Shown: in pieces, positions 41,838 through 51,686 of the stretch
Layout: each line of letters opens with the position of its first letter
How positions within the stretch are numbered: the first letter of the stretch is position 1
DNA from: Candidatus Bathyarchaeota archaeon
GTDB taxonomy: Archaea; Thermoproteota; Bathyarchaeia; Bathyarchaeales; Bathycorpusculaceae
DNA: 64,000 nucleotides
Direction: 5' to 3'
Assembly (NCBI GenBank): GCA_963832745.1
Contig: CAWHVC010000005.1
Span: forward strand, 64,001-128,000
Position numbers and translations under genes: made by a program
The notes under the pieces: generated by a model
Told to the model about the DNA's origin: nothing
The model's database searches: none
The model's input: only the letters and a program-made list of their open reading frames with translations

Positions 41838-43244
41838 ATGAAGGCATTCATAATTCAATACCCGTTCGGCGTTGCCGCTTTTGACGAAAAGAACACGTTA
41901 GTAGAGAAAGTTCTGTTTCCTAAAAAGCCTCAGGCAGCAGCAAGAAGTTTACTTCAGACTGAGTCAGGCAAGCTTTCCGACGAAGTCTTTTCATTAGTTT
42001 CCCTTCTTAGGAATGTTGGCTATGACGCTATCGTGTTTGAGAACGCCAGCGTTGCAGATGAAGTTCACAGAAAAACCAGCGTAAGAGTTGAAGTTGCATC
42101 CCCTGCAGAAGCTGAAGTGCTCCGCGGCAAAATGAGTCAAATCGGGTTGGAATCAGGCTTTGTTAAAGACGAGCAGGATCTTGCTCTTTGGAACAGAAAC
42201 GTCAGTATGGAACTGGCTAAACTGCGGATTAAAGGCGCATCTGAGAAGCGTGACTTAATTGTTGCACAAGCCATTCAAACTCTTGATGATTTAGACCGAA
42301 CTGTTAACCTGTTCATGAGCAGGCTTCGTGAGTGGTATAGCGTTTACTTCCCCGAGATGGACCGCTTAATCGAGAAGCATGAAACGTATTCCCGGCTGGT
42401 CATGAAGCTTGGTTACAAAGAAAATTACACTTTTGAAGCTGTACAAGCTGAAGGCATACCTAACGAAAGGTCAGAACTTTTAGCGAAAACAGCCCAATCA
42501 TCCATGGGCGCAGACGTTTCCAGTTCAGACCTTGAACAAATCCAAACTTTGAGCAAAGATGTTTTGAACCTTTACGAATTACGAAAGAACATGGAAAATT
42601 ATGTTGACCGCACCATGGAAGAGCTTGCTCCGAACGTCCGAGCAGTTGCCGGTGCACTGTTGGGTGCGAGATTAATCGCCATGGCAGGTAGTCTTCAAAA
42701 CTTGGCTATGCGTCCAGCAAGCACTATTCAAGTGTTAGGTGCAGAAAAAGCGCTTTTCCGTTCACTAAAAACAGGCGCAAGACCACCAAAACACGGCCTG
42801 ATTTTCCAACACACACTTTTGCATGATGCTAAACGTTGGCAAAGAGGAAAGATTGCACGCGTCATTGCAGGCAAACTTTCCATTGCTGCCCGAGCAGATG
42901 CTTTCGGCGGCAACTTCATTGGCGAAAGGCTGAAAGCAGACATTAACAAACGTTTAGCCGAGATTCAGGAGAAATACAAGGATGCACCACCACCAAAAGA
43001 ACCTAAACCGGCTGAACGACCTGAACGTCGAGACCGCGAGCAACGTTTTGATCGAGGTCAAAGAGACCGACGAGACCGTTTTGGCGGCGGAGGAAGGGAC
43101 CAACGCAGAGGCGGCGGTGGAGGCAGAAGTTTTGACCGCGGAAAAGACCGAGACCGTAACCGCAGTGGAAGCGGCGACGGCAAAAAGTTCTTTGGAAACA
43201 GCAGCGGTAGCGGCAAATACCGCGATAACCGGAGAACCGAGTAA
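41838..43244 (+). CDS. nop5: Box C/D sRNP protein Nop5 (Nop56/58)
   Basis: RLREWY..FPE, PASTIQVLGAEKALF, PPKHGLIFQH, RGKIAR..AGKLSIAARAD. Confidence 0.96.
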   Translation: MKAFIIQYPFGVAAFDEKNTLVEKVLFPKKPQAAARSLLQTESGKLSDEVFSLVSLLRNVGYDAIVFENASVADEVHRKTSVRVEVASPAEAEVLRGKMSQIGLESGFVKDEQDLALWNRNVSMELAKLRIKGASEKRDLIVAQAIQTLDDLDRTVNLFMSRLREWYSVYFPEMDRLIEKHETYSRLVMKLGYKENYTFEAVQAEGIPNERSELLAKTAQSSMGADVSSSDLEQIQTLSKDVLNLYELRKNMENYVDRTMEELAPNVRAVAGALLGARLIAMAGSLQNLAMRPASTIQVLGAEKALFRSLKTGARPPKHGLIFQHTLLHDAKRWQRGKIARVIAGKLSIAARADAFGGNFIGERLKADINKRLAEIQEKYKDAPPPKEPKPAERPERRDREQRFDRGQRDRRDRFGGGGRDQRRGGGGGRSFDRGKDRDRNRSGSGDGKKFFGNSSGSGKYRDNRRTE

Positions 43245-43246
43245 AC

Positions 43247-43942
43247 TTGCACATTAGAGTTAGGCCGCACCCCAAGTTTAAAGAAATTTATGAGGCTATG
43301 CTGGAGGGCGGTGTTCAACGCCTTGCCACACGTAACTTGACTCCAGGTTTAACGGTTTATGGTGAACGTTTAATTCACGTTAAAGATGTAGAGTACCGTA
43401 TTTGGGATGCTTTTAGAAGTAAACTTGCAGGAGCCATCATTAAGGGCTTGCAGAACGTACCTATCGAACCCGGTTCTCAAGTGCTCTATTTAGGTGCAGC
43501 TTCCGGAACCACCCCAAGTCACGTGTCAGACATAATCGGTGAAACAGGACACGTTTATTGTGTAGAGTTTGCGTCACGCTCACTTCGTGACCTTGTTAAC
43601 AATGTTGCTGCTTTTCGCCCAAACATGTCGCCGTTTCTTGAGGATGCACGTAAACCTGAAAGGTACGCAATGTTCATTCCAGGAAAAGTTGATGTCATTT
43701 ACTGCGATGTAGCCCAGCCTGAGCAAGCAAAACTGTTGGCAGATAACGCTGACGTTTTCTTAAAGCCGCAGGGCTGGGTAATGCTTGCATGCAAATCTCA
43801 AAGCATTGACGTAACAATGTCTCCTGAAGCAGTTTACAAGCAGGAAGCCAACATTCTCAGAAACAGAGGATTTAACGTGAAAGAAGTTGTTGACTTGGAA
43901 CCGTACGATAAAGCGCACGCAATGATTGTGGGTCAACGTTAA
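43247..43942 (+). CDS. flpA: Fibrillarin 2'-O-methyltransferase
   Basis: VYGE, EYRIWDAFRSKLA, VLYLGAASGTTPSHVSD, DVAQPEQA, LEPYDKAHA. Confidence 0.97.
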   Translation: MHIRVRPHPKFKEIYEAMLEGGVQRLATRNLTPGLTVYGERLIHVKDVEYRIWDAFRSKLAGAIIKGLQNVPIEPGSQVLYLGAASGTTPSHVSDIIGETGHVYCVEFASRSLRDLVNNVAAFRPNMSPFLEDARKPERYAMFIPGKVDVIYCDVAQPEQAKLLADNADVFLKPQGWVMLACKSQSIDVTMSPEAVYKQEANILRNRGFNVKEVVDLEPYDKAHAMIVGQR

Positions 43943-43946
43943 AAAA

Positions 43947-44789
43947 TTAGAGGCTTTGCTTCAAAAAAGCCATCTTTAAATTTTTCAGTTCTACACCATT
44001 TGACCACAAAGTTTCAAAATAGTTATTAGCCATTTCAACTAAAAACCCGTTGTTCGACCGCAGCCAAACCATATCCTTGATCTGTTTTTCATCAGATGTT
44101 GCAACATACATTATTTTTTTGTCAAAGATGACCATTTCCACAGGAGTCGAATCCAAAAATTTGTAGTCAATTAAGTCGAGTTTAGGGGCAAGGCTTTGTG
44201 AAAACTGCTTAGCTGGCGGCGTTTTAATAATGCTTTGGGTTGTTTTCTCTGTTATCATGCGCATTTTGGCTTTTTTGTGCATAGCAGCATCAATACTTTG
44301 CTCAGCGAAGTGTTGTGGCCACTGTAAAAATTTGTGGGTAGTCATTATTAAGTCAACACTTTGCCGGAAGGTTTCCCAATCTTTTTTCCAGTTCGGATCC
44401 CCTTTTTTTGGTCCAATAAGTGCAATGTTTGAATTATCATTTTTTACCTTAGAAACTTGCTGCTGTTTTTTTGCCATCTCTTTAGCTTTAGCGAACAGGT
44501 CCTTGTCTTCTTGCCTTCTTTGCTGCAATAGTACTTCGATTACGGTTTCTAAGGATATCGCTTTGAATGTTTTAGGGGTGGTTACTAACTCGTCGACTAA
44601 ACCTTTTTTCTGCAGTTTAGGGATTATTTGGTAAACAATTTCTCTTGCAACACCAGAGGATTTTGCTACTGACTTGGCAGTTAAATTTTCAGAAGCATAG
44701 AGCGCCATTAATACTCTGGCTTCGTTTAACGTAAGTCCCAGACGGATTAAAACGTCGAAATCCTCGGTTGTGGCATATTGGGAAGTCAA
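43947..44789 (-). CDS. TrmB family transcriptional regulator
   Basis: LGLTLNEARV...SGVAREIVYQIIPKLQKKGLV; MVIFDKK; divergent from the reductase operon. Confidence 0.85.
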   Translation of the reverse strand: MTSQYATTEDFDVLIRLGLTLNEARVLMALYASENLTAKSVAKSSGVAREIVYQIIPKLQKKGLVDELVTTPKTFKAISLETVIEVLLQQRRQEDKDLFAKAKEMAKKQQQVSKVKNDNSNIALIGPKKGDPNWKKDWETFRQSVDLIMTTHKFLQWPQHFAEQSIDAAMHKKAKMRMITEKTTQSIIKTPPAKQFSQSLAPKLDLIDYKFLDSTPVEMVIFDKKIMYVATSDEKQIKDMVWLRSNNGFLVEMANNYFETLWSNGVELKNLKMAFLKQSL

Positions 44790-45106
44790 CTAATTCGACC
44801 CTCAGCAGTTTGTACTATTTGTTGCAATATGTTATTTAAGACTTTTTGAAAATTTAATGCAAAAAGCAAAAAAGTATACGCAAGGATAACAAAAATATAC
44901 AAATATTATAAGTACAATCATAACTTACAACATTTTGAATCCCAAATTAATTATGACCATTTCAGCATTATTCAATAAAACAATTTCATACCCCAAATTT
45001 TTGAGTAAAATGTTGATTCTAACCGAAAAATTGCCAATTTTTTCAATACTATGTAACCTTTAAATGCCCTTCACCTGTTAATTGCTTTAATTAATGGAGC
45101 TCAGAC

Positions 45107-45799
45107 ATGTCGCTAATACCTGAGTTATCAAACCCTTATTTAACATCATTTGCATCAGGATTACTCTATGGATTAGTAGCCTGCACCGCAACATGTCTAC
45201 CTTACTTAGCAAGTTACATTGCAGGCATAGGCGCAGACTTCCGCAAAGGCGTATTTGCAACATTAACTTTTAACTCAGGTAGAATAATCGCATATACTCT
45301 AATTGGAGCATTAATTGGCATTTTCAGCGGTTTAATGCATCTATTCGCTGAAGACGCAACAATATCCATTTTCCAAGCCTATTCAACCGTAGCCTTTAGC
45401 ATAGTTACCATAATAATCGGTGCAAGCTTACTCTATAGAAACAGAAAACCCTCATGTAAATGCAACCAAACACCACTAACTCCTAAAAAGAAGCGCGTTG
45501 GCAAGTTTGACGTGGGCGCTTTCACCTTAGGCTTAAGCAGAGGTTTAGTCCTTTGTCCACCCTTACTTGCGCTTTTGCTGTATTCGATTCCTTTTGCAAG
45601 CCCAGTTGACAGCGTGGCTTTTGCTGTTTTGTTTGGTGTCGGAACCGCTATTTCGCCTATGCTGCTGCTTGGCGGCGTTACAGGATGGCTTCTTAACAAA
45701 GCGCCACTATTGAGAACGTATATAGCGGTCGCGGGTGCAGCAGTGCTTATTCTCCTTGGAATTGGCACATTAATCAGTTCTTTAACAATACTTGCTTAA
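45107..45799 (+). CDS. DsbD_2 / TauE-SafE-like membrane protein
   Basis: CTATCLP, FNSGRIIAYTLIG, GLSRGLVLCPP, FGVGT. Confidence 0.8.
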   Translation: MSLIPELSNPYLTSFASGLLYGLVACTATCLPYLASYIAGIGADFRKGVFATLTFNSGRIIAYTLIGALIGIFSGLMHLFAEDATISIFQAYSTVAFSIVTIIIGASLLYRNRKPSCKCNQTPLTPKKKRVGKFDVGAFTLGLSRGLVLCPPLLALLLYSIPFASPVDSVAFAVLFGVGTAISPMLLLGGVTGWLLNKAPLLRTYIAVAGAAVLILLGIGTLISSLTILA

Positions 45800-45814
45800 A
45801 GGAAAAATGAAAAG

Positions 45815-47149
45815 ATGAAAAAGAATAACATGGAACCCAATAAAATCATGCCTGAAACCACCCAAAAAGAAATAGACGAACTAAAAATCAGCGTTAAAGC
45901 CGCCTCTGAACGCATCATTGCCGAAAACATCGAACACATGAAAAAAGCAGATCCTAACCGTCCAAAAGAGATGACGTATTTTGATGAAATCGCCAACTTA
46001 TTTGGCAAACGTACAAAAGAAATTGCTCAAGCCAAAGCCGAAGGCAAAAAAATTGTTGGGTACACATGCCTTTTTGCGCCATTGGAGCTGATTTTGGCAT
46101 CTGATGCGGTTCCTGTTAGGGTGAATTCTGGATGGTATGACACTTCAAAGCTTGGTGACCGTGTTGTGCCTGTTGAAGTTTGCCCAACTATTCGGTCAAC
46201 AATTGGCGCTAAAATGATTGAGCTTTCCCCGTTTCTTGAACAAAGTGACGCCTTAATCACTGTGTTGACGTGTGATGGCATGACAAAGCTCAGCGAAATC
46301 TTGGGGGATTATAAGCAGGTTTGGGGCATGTCTAACCCACGCATTAAGGATTCCACTCAAGCGCTAAAGTTTTGGAATGAAGAAATAAAACAAATCAAAG
46401 ATAACCTTGAAAAATTAACGGGCAACAAAATCAACACCAAAAACCTCAAAGCAACAATACAGCAAACTCAAAAAGCCACAAGAGCGTTTCGCCGCCTGCA
46501 AGATCTGCGCAGGGGCAACCCAGTAATTATGGGTAGAGACGCTATGCTTGTTAACCAAACTTACATGTGGGATGACATTGCTCGGTGGACAGAAAGAACT
46601 GATGCCCTCTGCGACGAGTTGGAACGCAGGGTGCAACGTAAAGAGTGGGCTTGCCCGCCTGACACTCCACGGGTAATGGTTACGGGTACACCAATGTTTT
46701 GGCCTGACAACTGGAAACTGCCCAACCTTGTTGAAGAAGGAAACCCCCCAGGCGTTTTAGTTGCAGATGAGTTATGTTCAAGCGAACGACTGCTGTATGA
46801 TCCAGTGGGGATTGACGAGTGGACCATGGACGATATGCTTAGCGGTATTGGTGAACGTTACCTTATGGCTTCCACGTGTCCCTGTTTTACCAGCAAAGAC
46901 GGCAACGAAGACCGCATTAACTGGCTTCTAAACAAAGTTAAAGAATGGCATGTTCAAGGGGTAATCTATTACACAGTTAGGGGCTGCATGTTGTACGCTA
47001 TGGAGTATACAAGGGTTAAAAGGGCGTTGGATAAGGCAAATATTCCAGTTTACTACCTTGATACTGATTACACAAGGGAGGATGTTGGGCAACTGAAAAC
47101 CCGTGTTGAAGCCTTCCTTGAAATGCTCAACGCCCAAATAGACTTCTAA
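45815..47149 (+). CDS. 2-hydroxyacyl-CoA dehydratase family Fe-S subunit, double-cubane-cluster-protein-like
   Basis: VGYTCLFAPLELILA, VCPTIRS, TCDG, DELCS, TCPCF, RGC, DYTREDVGQLKTRVEAFLE. Confidence 0.8.
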   Translation: MKKNNMEPNKIMPETTQKEIDELKISVKAASERIIAENIEHMKKADPNRPKEMTYFDEIANLFGKRTKEIAQAKAEGKKIVGYTCLFAPLELILASDAVPVRVNSGWYDTSKLGDRVVPVEVCPTIRSTIGAKMIELSPFLEQSDALITVLTCDGMTKLSEILGDYKQVWGMSNPRIKDSTQALKFWNEEIKQIKDNLEKLTGNKINTKNLKATIQQTQKATRAFRRLQDLRRGNPVIMGRDAMLVNQTYMWDDIARWTERTDALCDELERRVQRKEWACPPDTPRVMVTGTPMFWPDNWKLPNLVEEGNPPGVLVADELCSSERLLYDPVGIDEWTMDDMLSGIGERYLMASTCPCFTSKDGNEDRINWLLNKVKEWHVQGVIYYTVRGCMLYAMEYTRVKRALDKANIPVYYLDTDYTREDVGQLKTRVEAFLEMLNAQIDF

Positions 47150-47159
47150 AGGGACTACC

Positions 47160-47945
47160 ATGATAACAGTTGGACTTGATTTAGGAACACAAAGCATAAA
47201 AACCGTAGTACTAAGCGACGACAAAGTCTTAGCACGGGCACAAGCGTTTTCAGGCTTTGACCCGACAAAAGCAGCCAAAGACGCCGTTGAACAAGCATTA
47301 AAAACAGCATGCATCACTCAATCAGACGTCGCCAGCTTCACTGCAACAGGCTCAGGCGTAGAATTATCACCCTACCCCGCAAGCACTGTCAGCATGATGG
47401 GCGCAGACGCAAAAGCCGGAACCAACCTTTTTCCCAAAGCCAGAACAATCATTGACGTAGGCGCAGAAGAAGCACGCGCAGTCAAATGCGACGACCGCGG
47501 CGTCATGATAGACTTCGTAGTTAACGAACGATGTGCTGCCGGCGCAGGAACATTTATTGAGGCTATGGCGCGGGCGTTAGAGGTGAAAATGGAAGATATG
47601 GGCCCATTATCACTTAAAGCGGAGCGTGCAAGCTCAATTAACGCTTCCTGTGTTATCTTCGGTGAATCCGACGTTGTCTCGCTTATTCACCGGCAAGAGT
47701 CTAAGCCGGAAATTGCACGTGCAGTTTATGATGCAATGGCTGACCGTATATCGTCCATGGTTCGCCGTTTAGGCGTAAATCCTGAAGTGGTGCTGGTGGG
47801 CGGTGCTGCTAAGGATGCTGGTTTTGTGGCTTCTCTGAAACGCAAGTTAGGAGTTGACGTGTTGATTCCCGAGTTTCCTGAGTACGCTGGAGCGTTGGGC
47901 ACCGCGTTGATTGGTGCAGCCAGAGGGAAGGTGAACCAAAAGTGA
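47160..47945 (+). CDS. bzdP: ASKHA activase ATPase, benzoyl-CoA reductase subunit D (BzdP-like)
   Basis: GLDLGTQ, IIDVGAEEARA, NERCAAGAG, ASCVIFGESDVVSLIH. Confidence 0.75.
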   Translation: MITVGLDLGTQSIKTVVLSDDKVLARAQAFSGFDPTKAAKDAVEQALKTACITQSDVASFTATGSGVELSPYPASTVSMMGADAKAGTNLFPKARTIIDVGAEEARAVKCDDRGVMIDFVVNERCAAGAGTFIEAMARALEVKMEDMGPLSLKAERASSINASCVIFGESDVVSLIHRQESKPEIARAVYDAMADRISSMVRRLGVNPEVVLVGGAAKDAGFVASLKRKLGVDVLIPEFPEYAGALGTALIGAARGKVNQK

Positions 47946-48838
47946 CTGAACCTGTTAGTGCGTTTTGGCGTTGGCAGGAATACCACCGTGTTATGCCTAG
48001 CAAAGCTTGGAAAAGCGAAGATATAGTTACTGCTGGTGTGGATGTGGGTTCGGTTGGTTCTAAAGCGGCAGTTCTTGTTAACGGCGAAATATATTCTTGG
48101 GGAATAACACGGACTGGTTCAAACAGTCCCGAAAGTGCCACAAAAGCCCTCGAATGGGCACTACAAGACACCGACATTGAACAATCTGACATTAAATATG
48201 TCGTCGGCACCGGTTACGGCAGAGTAAATGTTCCCATGGCAAACAAAGCTATCACTGAAATTGCCTGCCACGCAAAAGGCGCCAACTACATCTGGGGACC
48301 ACAAGTCCACACTGTACTTGATGTTGGGGGACAAGACATCAAAGCCATCCGTTGCGATGACACCGGACGCGTAACCTCCTTTCTAATGAACGACAAATGC
48401 GCCGCCGGCACAGGACGAGGTATGGAAGTCTTCGCCGATCTGCTAAAAATCCCAATCGAAGAAATCGGGGAAATGAGCCTAAAAGTCAAGGAAGAACCTC
48501 AACCGGTAAACTGCACATGCGTTGCTTTTGCGAAAACTGAAGCTGTTGGACTTCTACGGAAAGGCTGGTCTAAAGAAAAAGTGTTAGCTGCATATACGCG
48601 AGCAATGGCTGTCCGGATGAGTAACCTTATTAACAGAGTCGGCTTAGAACCTGAACTTGTAATTACTGGTGGTCAATCAAAAAATATTGGTGTTGTATCC
48701 CGCATTGAAACGGCTCTTGGTGTTAAGTGTCTTCCGATGCCGAACTGGCGCGAAAACGGGTTAGACCCCATGATTGCAGGCGCCTTGGGGGCGGGAATTT
48801 TCGCTAAAGCGTTATATGATAAGTCTCAAAAAACTTAG
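47942..48838 (+). CDS. bzdQ: ASKHA activase ATPase, benzoyl-CoA reductase subunit A (BzdQ-like)
   Basis: FWRWQEY N-terminus, AGVDVGSV, TGYGRVNVP, ITEIACHA, NDKCAAGTGRGMEV. Confidence 0.8.
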   Translation: MTEPVSAFWRWQEYHRVMPSKAWKSEDIVTAGVDVGSVGSKAAVLVNGEIYSWGITRTGSNSPESATKALEWALQDTDIEQSDIKYVVGTGYGRVNVPMANKAITEIACHAKGANYIWGPQVHTVLDVGGQDIKAIRCDDTGRVTSFLMNDKCAAGTGRGMEVFADLLKIPIEEIGEMSLKVKEEPQPVNCTCVAFAKTEAVGLLRKGWSKEKVLAAYTRAMAVRMSNLINRVGLEPELVITGGQSKNIGVVSRIETALGVKCLPMPNWRENGLDPMIAGALGAGIFAKALYDKSQKT

Positions 48839-49135
48839 GTGATAACTTTGATTACTTATTACGGGTACGCGGATGGTTCAGGCGAATATTTTGTCACGAT
48901 TGACACTGACAAATGCAACGGTTGCGAAAAATGCATAAAACACTGCCCCAAAGACGCGTTGCAACTGGAAACCATATTTTTTGATTTAGAGGACAAAACA
49001 GTAGCGGGGGTCAAAGAGGAGCAACGTAACAAAATAAAATATACGTGTGCTGAGTGTAAACCCGAAAATAATCAGGCTCCCTGCGTTTTATCTTGTATCG
49101 ATGGAGCAATTAGGTGTATTTATGTTGTACGGTAG
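48839..49135 (+). CDS. Ferredoxin (BzdM-like)
   Basis: YGYADGSGEYFVTIDTDKCNGCEKCIKHCP...CAECKP...PCVLSC. Confidence 0.85.
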   Translation: MITLITYYGYADGSGEYFVTIDTDKCNGCEKCIKHCPKDALQLETIFFDLEDKTVAGVKEEQRNKIKYTCAECKPENNQAPCVLSCIDGAIRCIYVVR

Positions 49136-49288
49136 TGCTTTTTGTGACATACAACCATTTTATTCTTGTTCGGATTCTGAATCTGTCGCAAGTCGTACGA
49201 AACCATTGATTTTAAATAAGTCTTGAAAATTCGCTACGTTTATTTATAGTTTCCAATAATTGGTAGTCAATTAGTTAGGGATGATCAA

Positions 49289-49879
49289 ATGTCAAAGAAA
49301 CCTCAATCAAAAGATGAAGCATTAGAGGCTTTAGACTTCATAGTTAACGTGCTGAAAGAGCATGAAAAAGACTTAGACCGTCTAATCAGCGAGTTGGGCA
49401 ACGTAACCGACCAACTAGGAGAAACCGGCCAATTAAACGGAAAAGTCGAGCACATTGAGGAAAAAATTGGCAACCTACAAGACGAAGTAACAAATCTTTT
49501 AGATTACATGTCAAAACGAAATAACGCACCAACCCCAGCAGCAACTATTAGTAACGAAAATAAGAATCAGGCGACTCCAGCCGTATCAGTTCCAGTGGTT
49601 GCACCTGTTTTTGCTCCAGCAATTCCATCAAGTACATCTGTAATTTTCAGGTGTAAACAATGGGAAGATTTTGAGGCTTTAGCCCGTCAGGCTCAAACTC
49701 TGTCTTTCACGTATAAAGAGGCTGAACACGTTTTTCAGGTTGATGCATTAAAGGGTAATCAGATTGTTACTTACAGCGGCGAGTTACCAAAGATGTCTTC
49801 ATTGTTAAAGATGTGGTTGTCTAAACAGCTTGAAGTGCCTGACCCACGAGTGCTCGAAGGCGTTTTAACTATCAGCTAA
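49289..49879 (+). CDS. Hypothetical protein with N-terminal coiled coil
   Basis: 196 aa; DFIVNVLKEHEKDLDRLI coil, Pro/Ala linker, globular C-domain. Confidence 0.75.
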   Translation: MSKKPQSKDEALEALDFIVNVLKEHEKDLDRLISELGNVTDQLGETGQLNGKVEHIEEKIGNLQDEVTNLLDYMSKRNNAPTPAATISNENKNQATPAVSVPVVAPVFAPAIPSSTSVIFRCKQWEDFEALARQAQTLSFTYKEAEHVFQVDALKGNQIVTYSGELPKMSSLLKMWLSKQLEVPDPRVLEGVLTIS

Positions 49880-49953
49880 ACCCCATTTTATTATTTTAAA
49901 TTCATTTTTTGAATTCATAAACCTTATAACATAAGATATCGTAAGTCTTCTTA

Positions 49954-50085
49954 TTGTTGGAGGAAAGTTAGGTTGAAGGCTACACTAACCACGTCAATAA
50001 TACTTTTCCGTTTTCGAAGCCTTCTCCTTTCTCCTCGATTACGGATTGGCGTGAGTTAGAGCCAACACACTAACCCCTCCAACAA
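49954..50085 (+). ncRNA. Candidate structured RNA (rod-like hairpin, about 132 nt); strand inferred from the upstream TATA-like box
   Basis: Nested helices TTGTTGGAGG/CCTCCAACAA, GTTAG/CTAAC, GGCT/AGCC, CTAACCACGTCAAT/ATTGGCGTG-A-GTTAG, CCGT/ACGG, TCGA/TCGA. Confidence 0.6.
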
Positions 50086-50109
50086 ATTCACTTTAAAGGA
50101 AAAACCAAA

Positions 50110-50250
50110 ATGAATCAGGATACAGTACGCATGTTCAATGTTGAAATGGCTAAATTCAAGAAAACCATCGAAGAAATCAATCTTCTTAAAAGTGTTTCTG
50201 AAGACTTGAAAAGTTACAGAAGAATGGTCAGAATAAAAAAGTTTGATTAA
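50110..50250 (+). CDS. 46-aa small protein downstream of the structured RNA
   Basis: RBS AAAGGA; MNQDTVRMFNVEMAKFKKTIEEINLLKSVSEDLKSYRRMVRIKKFD*. Confidence 0.5.
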   Translation: MNQDTVRMFNVEMAKFKKTIEEINLLKSVSEDLKSYRRMVRIKKFD

Positions 50251-50315
50251 GCAGCAACTAAATTTTTTAAAGTTTTAAATATCAAAATTCGCCATTAATG
50301 TGATAGGGAATTTCT

Positions 50316-51098
50316 TTGGCAAAAAAAGCTGAAGCAGTATTACCCTTCGCAAATATAGCCGTTTATATCGTCACTTTGATAATTAACGGGTTAGCAAACA
50401 CTACGCTGATTGGAGGCAGAACTACAGCTGATGTTTCAAACATGTATCCAACATTGATTACGCCGGCTGGGTACGTTTTTGCTATTTGGGGTATAATCTA
50501 CGTTTTATTGGCGATTTTTCTAGTCTATCAAGCATTGCCAAACCAAAGGGAAAAACCGTTCCAAAAACAGATCAGCATCTTATTCATCCTGACCTGCGTC
50601 TTTAACATTTCATGGCTGTTTCTTTGGCAAAACCTTTACCTTTCCTACTCCATCATTCTAATTCTTGGCTTTCTGCTGTCTTTGATAGCGATTTATGTAC
50701 GGCTAAACATCGGCAAATCCAATGCGTCATTAAAAGAAAAATTGGCTGTTCATTTGCCGTTCAGCGTTTACTTAGGCTGGCTAACAATTGCAACAATAGC
50801 AAACATTACTATTGCGTTAACTGCTGCAAACTGGGACGGATTCGGATTAGCACCTGAAACATGGGCGATTCTGGTTCTGGCTGTAGCTTTGCTGATTACT
50901 TTAGCGGTTATTGTTACTCGAAGAGACATTGCATATAGTTTAGTGATTATTTGGGCTCTTGCAGGAATAGCCGTTAACCAAACCGTAGGCAACGTCATTC
51001 TCACAGCCGAAATCGCCATAATCATAATCGTTATTGCATTAATTGCTGTACTGGCTGCTCACCGTTTAAGGAAAACGGGCAAAGTCGGGTCTAAATGA
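50316..51098 (+). CDS. TspO/MBR-related tryptophan-rich membrane protein
   Basis: TPAGYVFAIWGIIY, PFSVYLGWLTIATIAN, VIIWAL. Confidence 0.8.
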   Translation: MAKKAEAVLPFANIAVYIVTLIINGLANTTLIGGRTTADVSNMYPTLITPAGYVFAIWGIIYVLLAIFLVYQALPNQREKPFQKQISILFILTCVFNISWLFLWQNLYLSYSIILILGFLLSLIAIYVRLNIGKSNASLKEKLAVHLPFSVYLGWLTIATIANITIALTAANWDGFGLAPETWAILVLAVALLITLAVIVTRRDIAYSLVIIWALAGIAVNQTVGNVILTAEIAIIIIVIALIAVLAAHRLRKTGKVGSK

Positions 51099-51643
51099 AC
51101 AGTAAAATCTTAACCTACGAACTAACTGGCGCAGTATTCATAATAATACTAGGCAGCATTCTCCATTTTACCTTCGAACTGTCAGGCAATCAGCCGGTTG
51201 TAGGCGTTTTTTCTGCGGTTAACGAAAGCGTTTGGGAACACCTCAAACTTGCGTTCTGGCCGGCGCTGCTTTTCGGATTAATCGAGTTTATACCGTTGAG
51301 GCGTATGGCTAACAATTTTGTTTTCGCCAAAACCGCAGGAATCTACCTGATGATAGCCGTTATTCCATCAATTTTTTATACCTACACTGCTTTAACTGGC
51401 AAAAGTATCCTTGTCATTGATGTAGGCTCATTTGTTGTTGCCGTAGTCTTGGGGCAACTGTTAAGCTACAAGCTGTTAACAATTCGCCAGTTTCCAAGTT
51501 GGGTAACGTGGGTTTCTTTGGTTTTTTACGCCCTTTTAGCAGCCTTGTTTGTTGTTTTCACGTTTTATCCTCCACAAACGTCCATTTTTCTTGACCCTGA
51601 ATCAGGAACTTACGGCTTCCTTTGGCGAAAATTCGTTATGTAA
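51095..51643 (+). CDS. Membrane protein (DUF6512-like)
   Basis: GSILHF..E, VNESVWEHLKL, FTFYPP...FLDP. Confidence 0.7.
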   Translation: MNSKILTYELTGAVFIIILGSILHFTFELSGNQPVVGVFSAVNESVWEHLKLAFWPALLFGLIEFIPLRRMANNFVFAKTAGIYLMIAVIPSIFYTYTALTGKSILVIDVGSFVVAVVLGQLLSYKLLTIRQFPSWVTWVSLVFYALLAALFVVFTFYPPQTSIFLDPESGTYGFLWRKFVM

Positions 51644-51686
51644 TGAAAAGTTAAGTATAAGCTTCTGAATCCTTTTATGAAGAATC

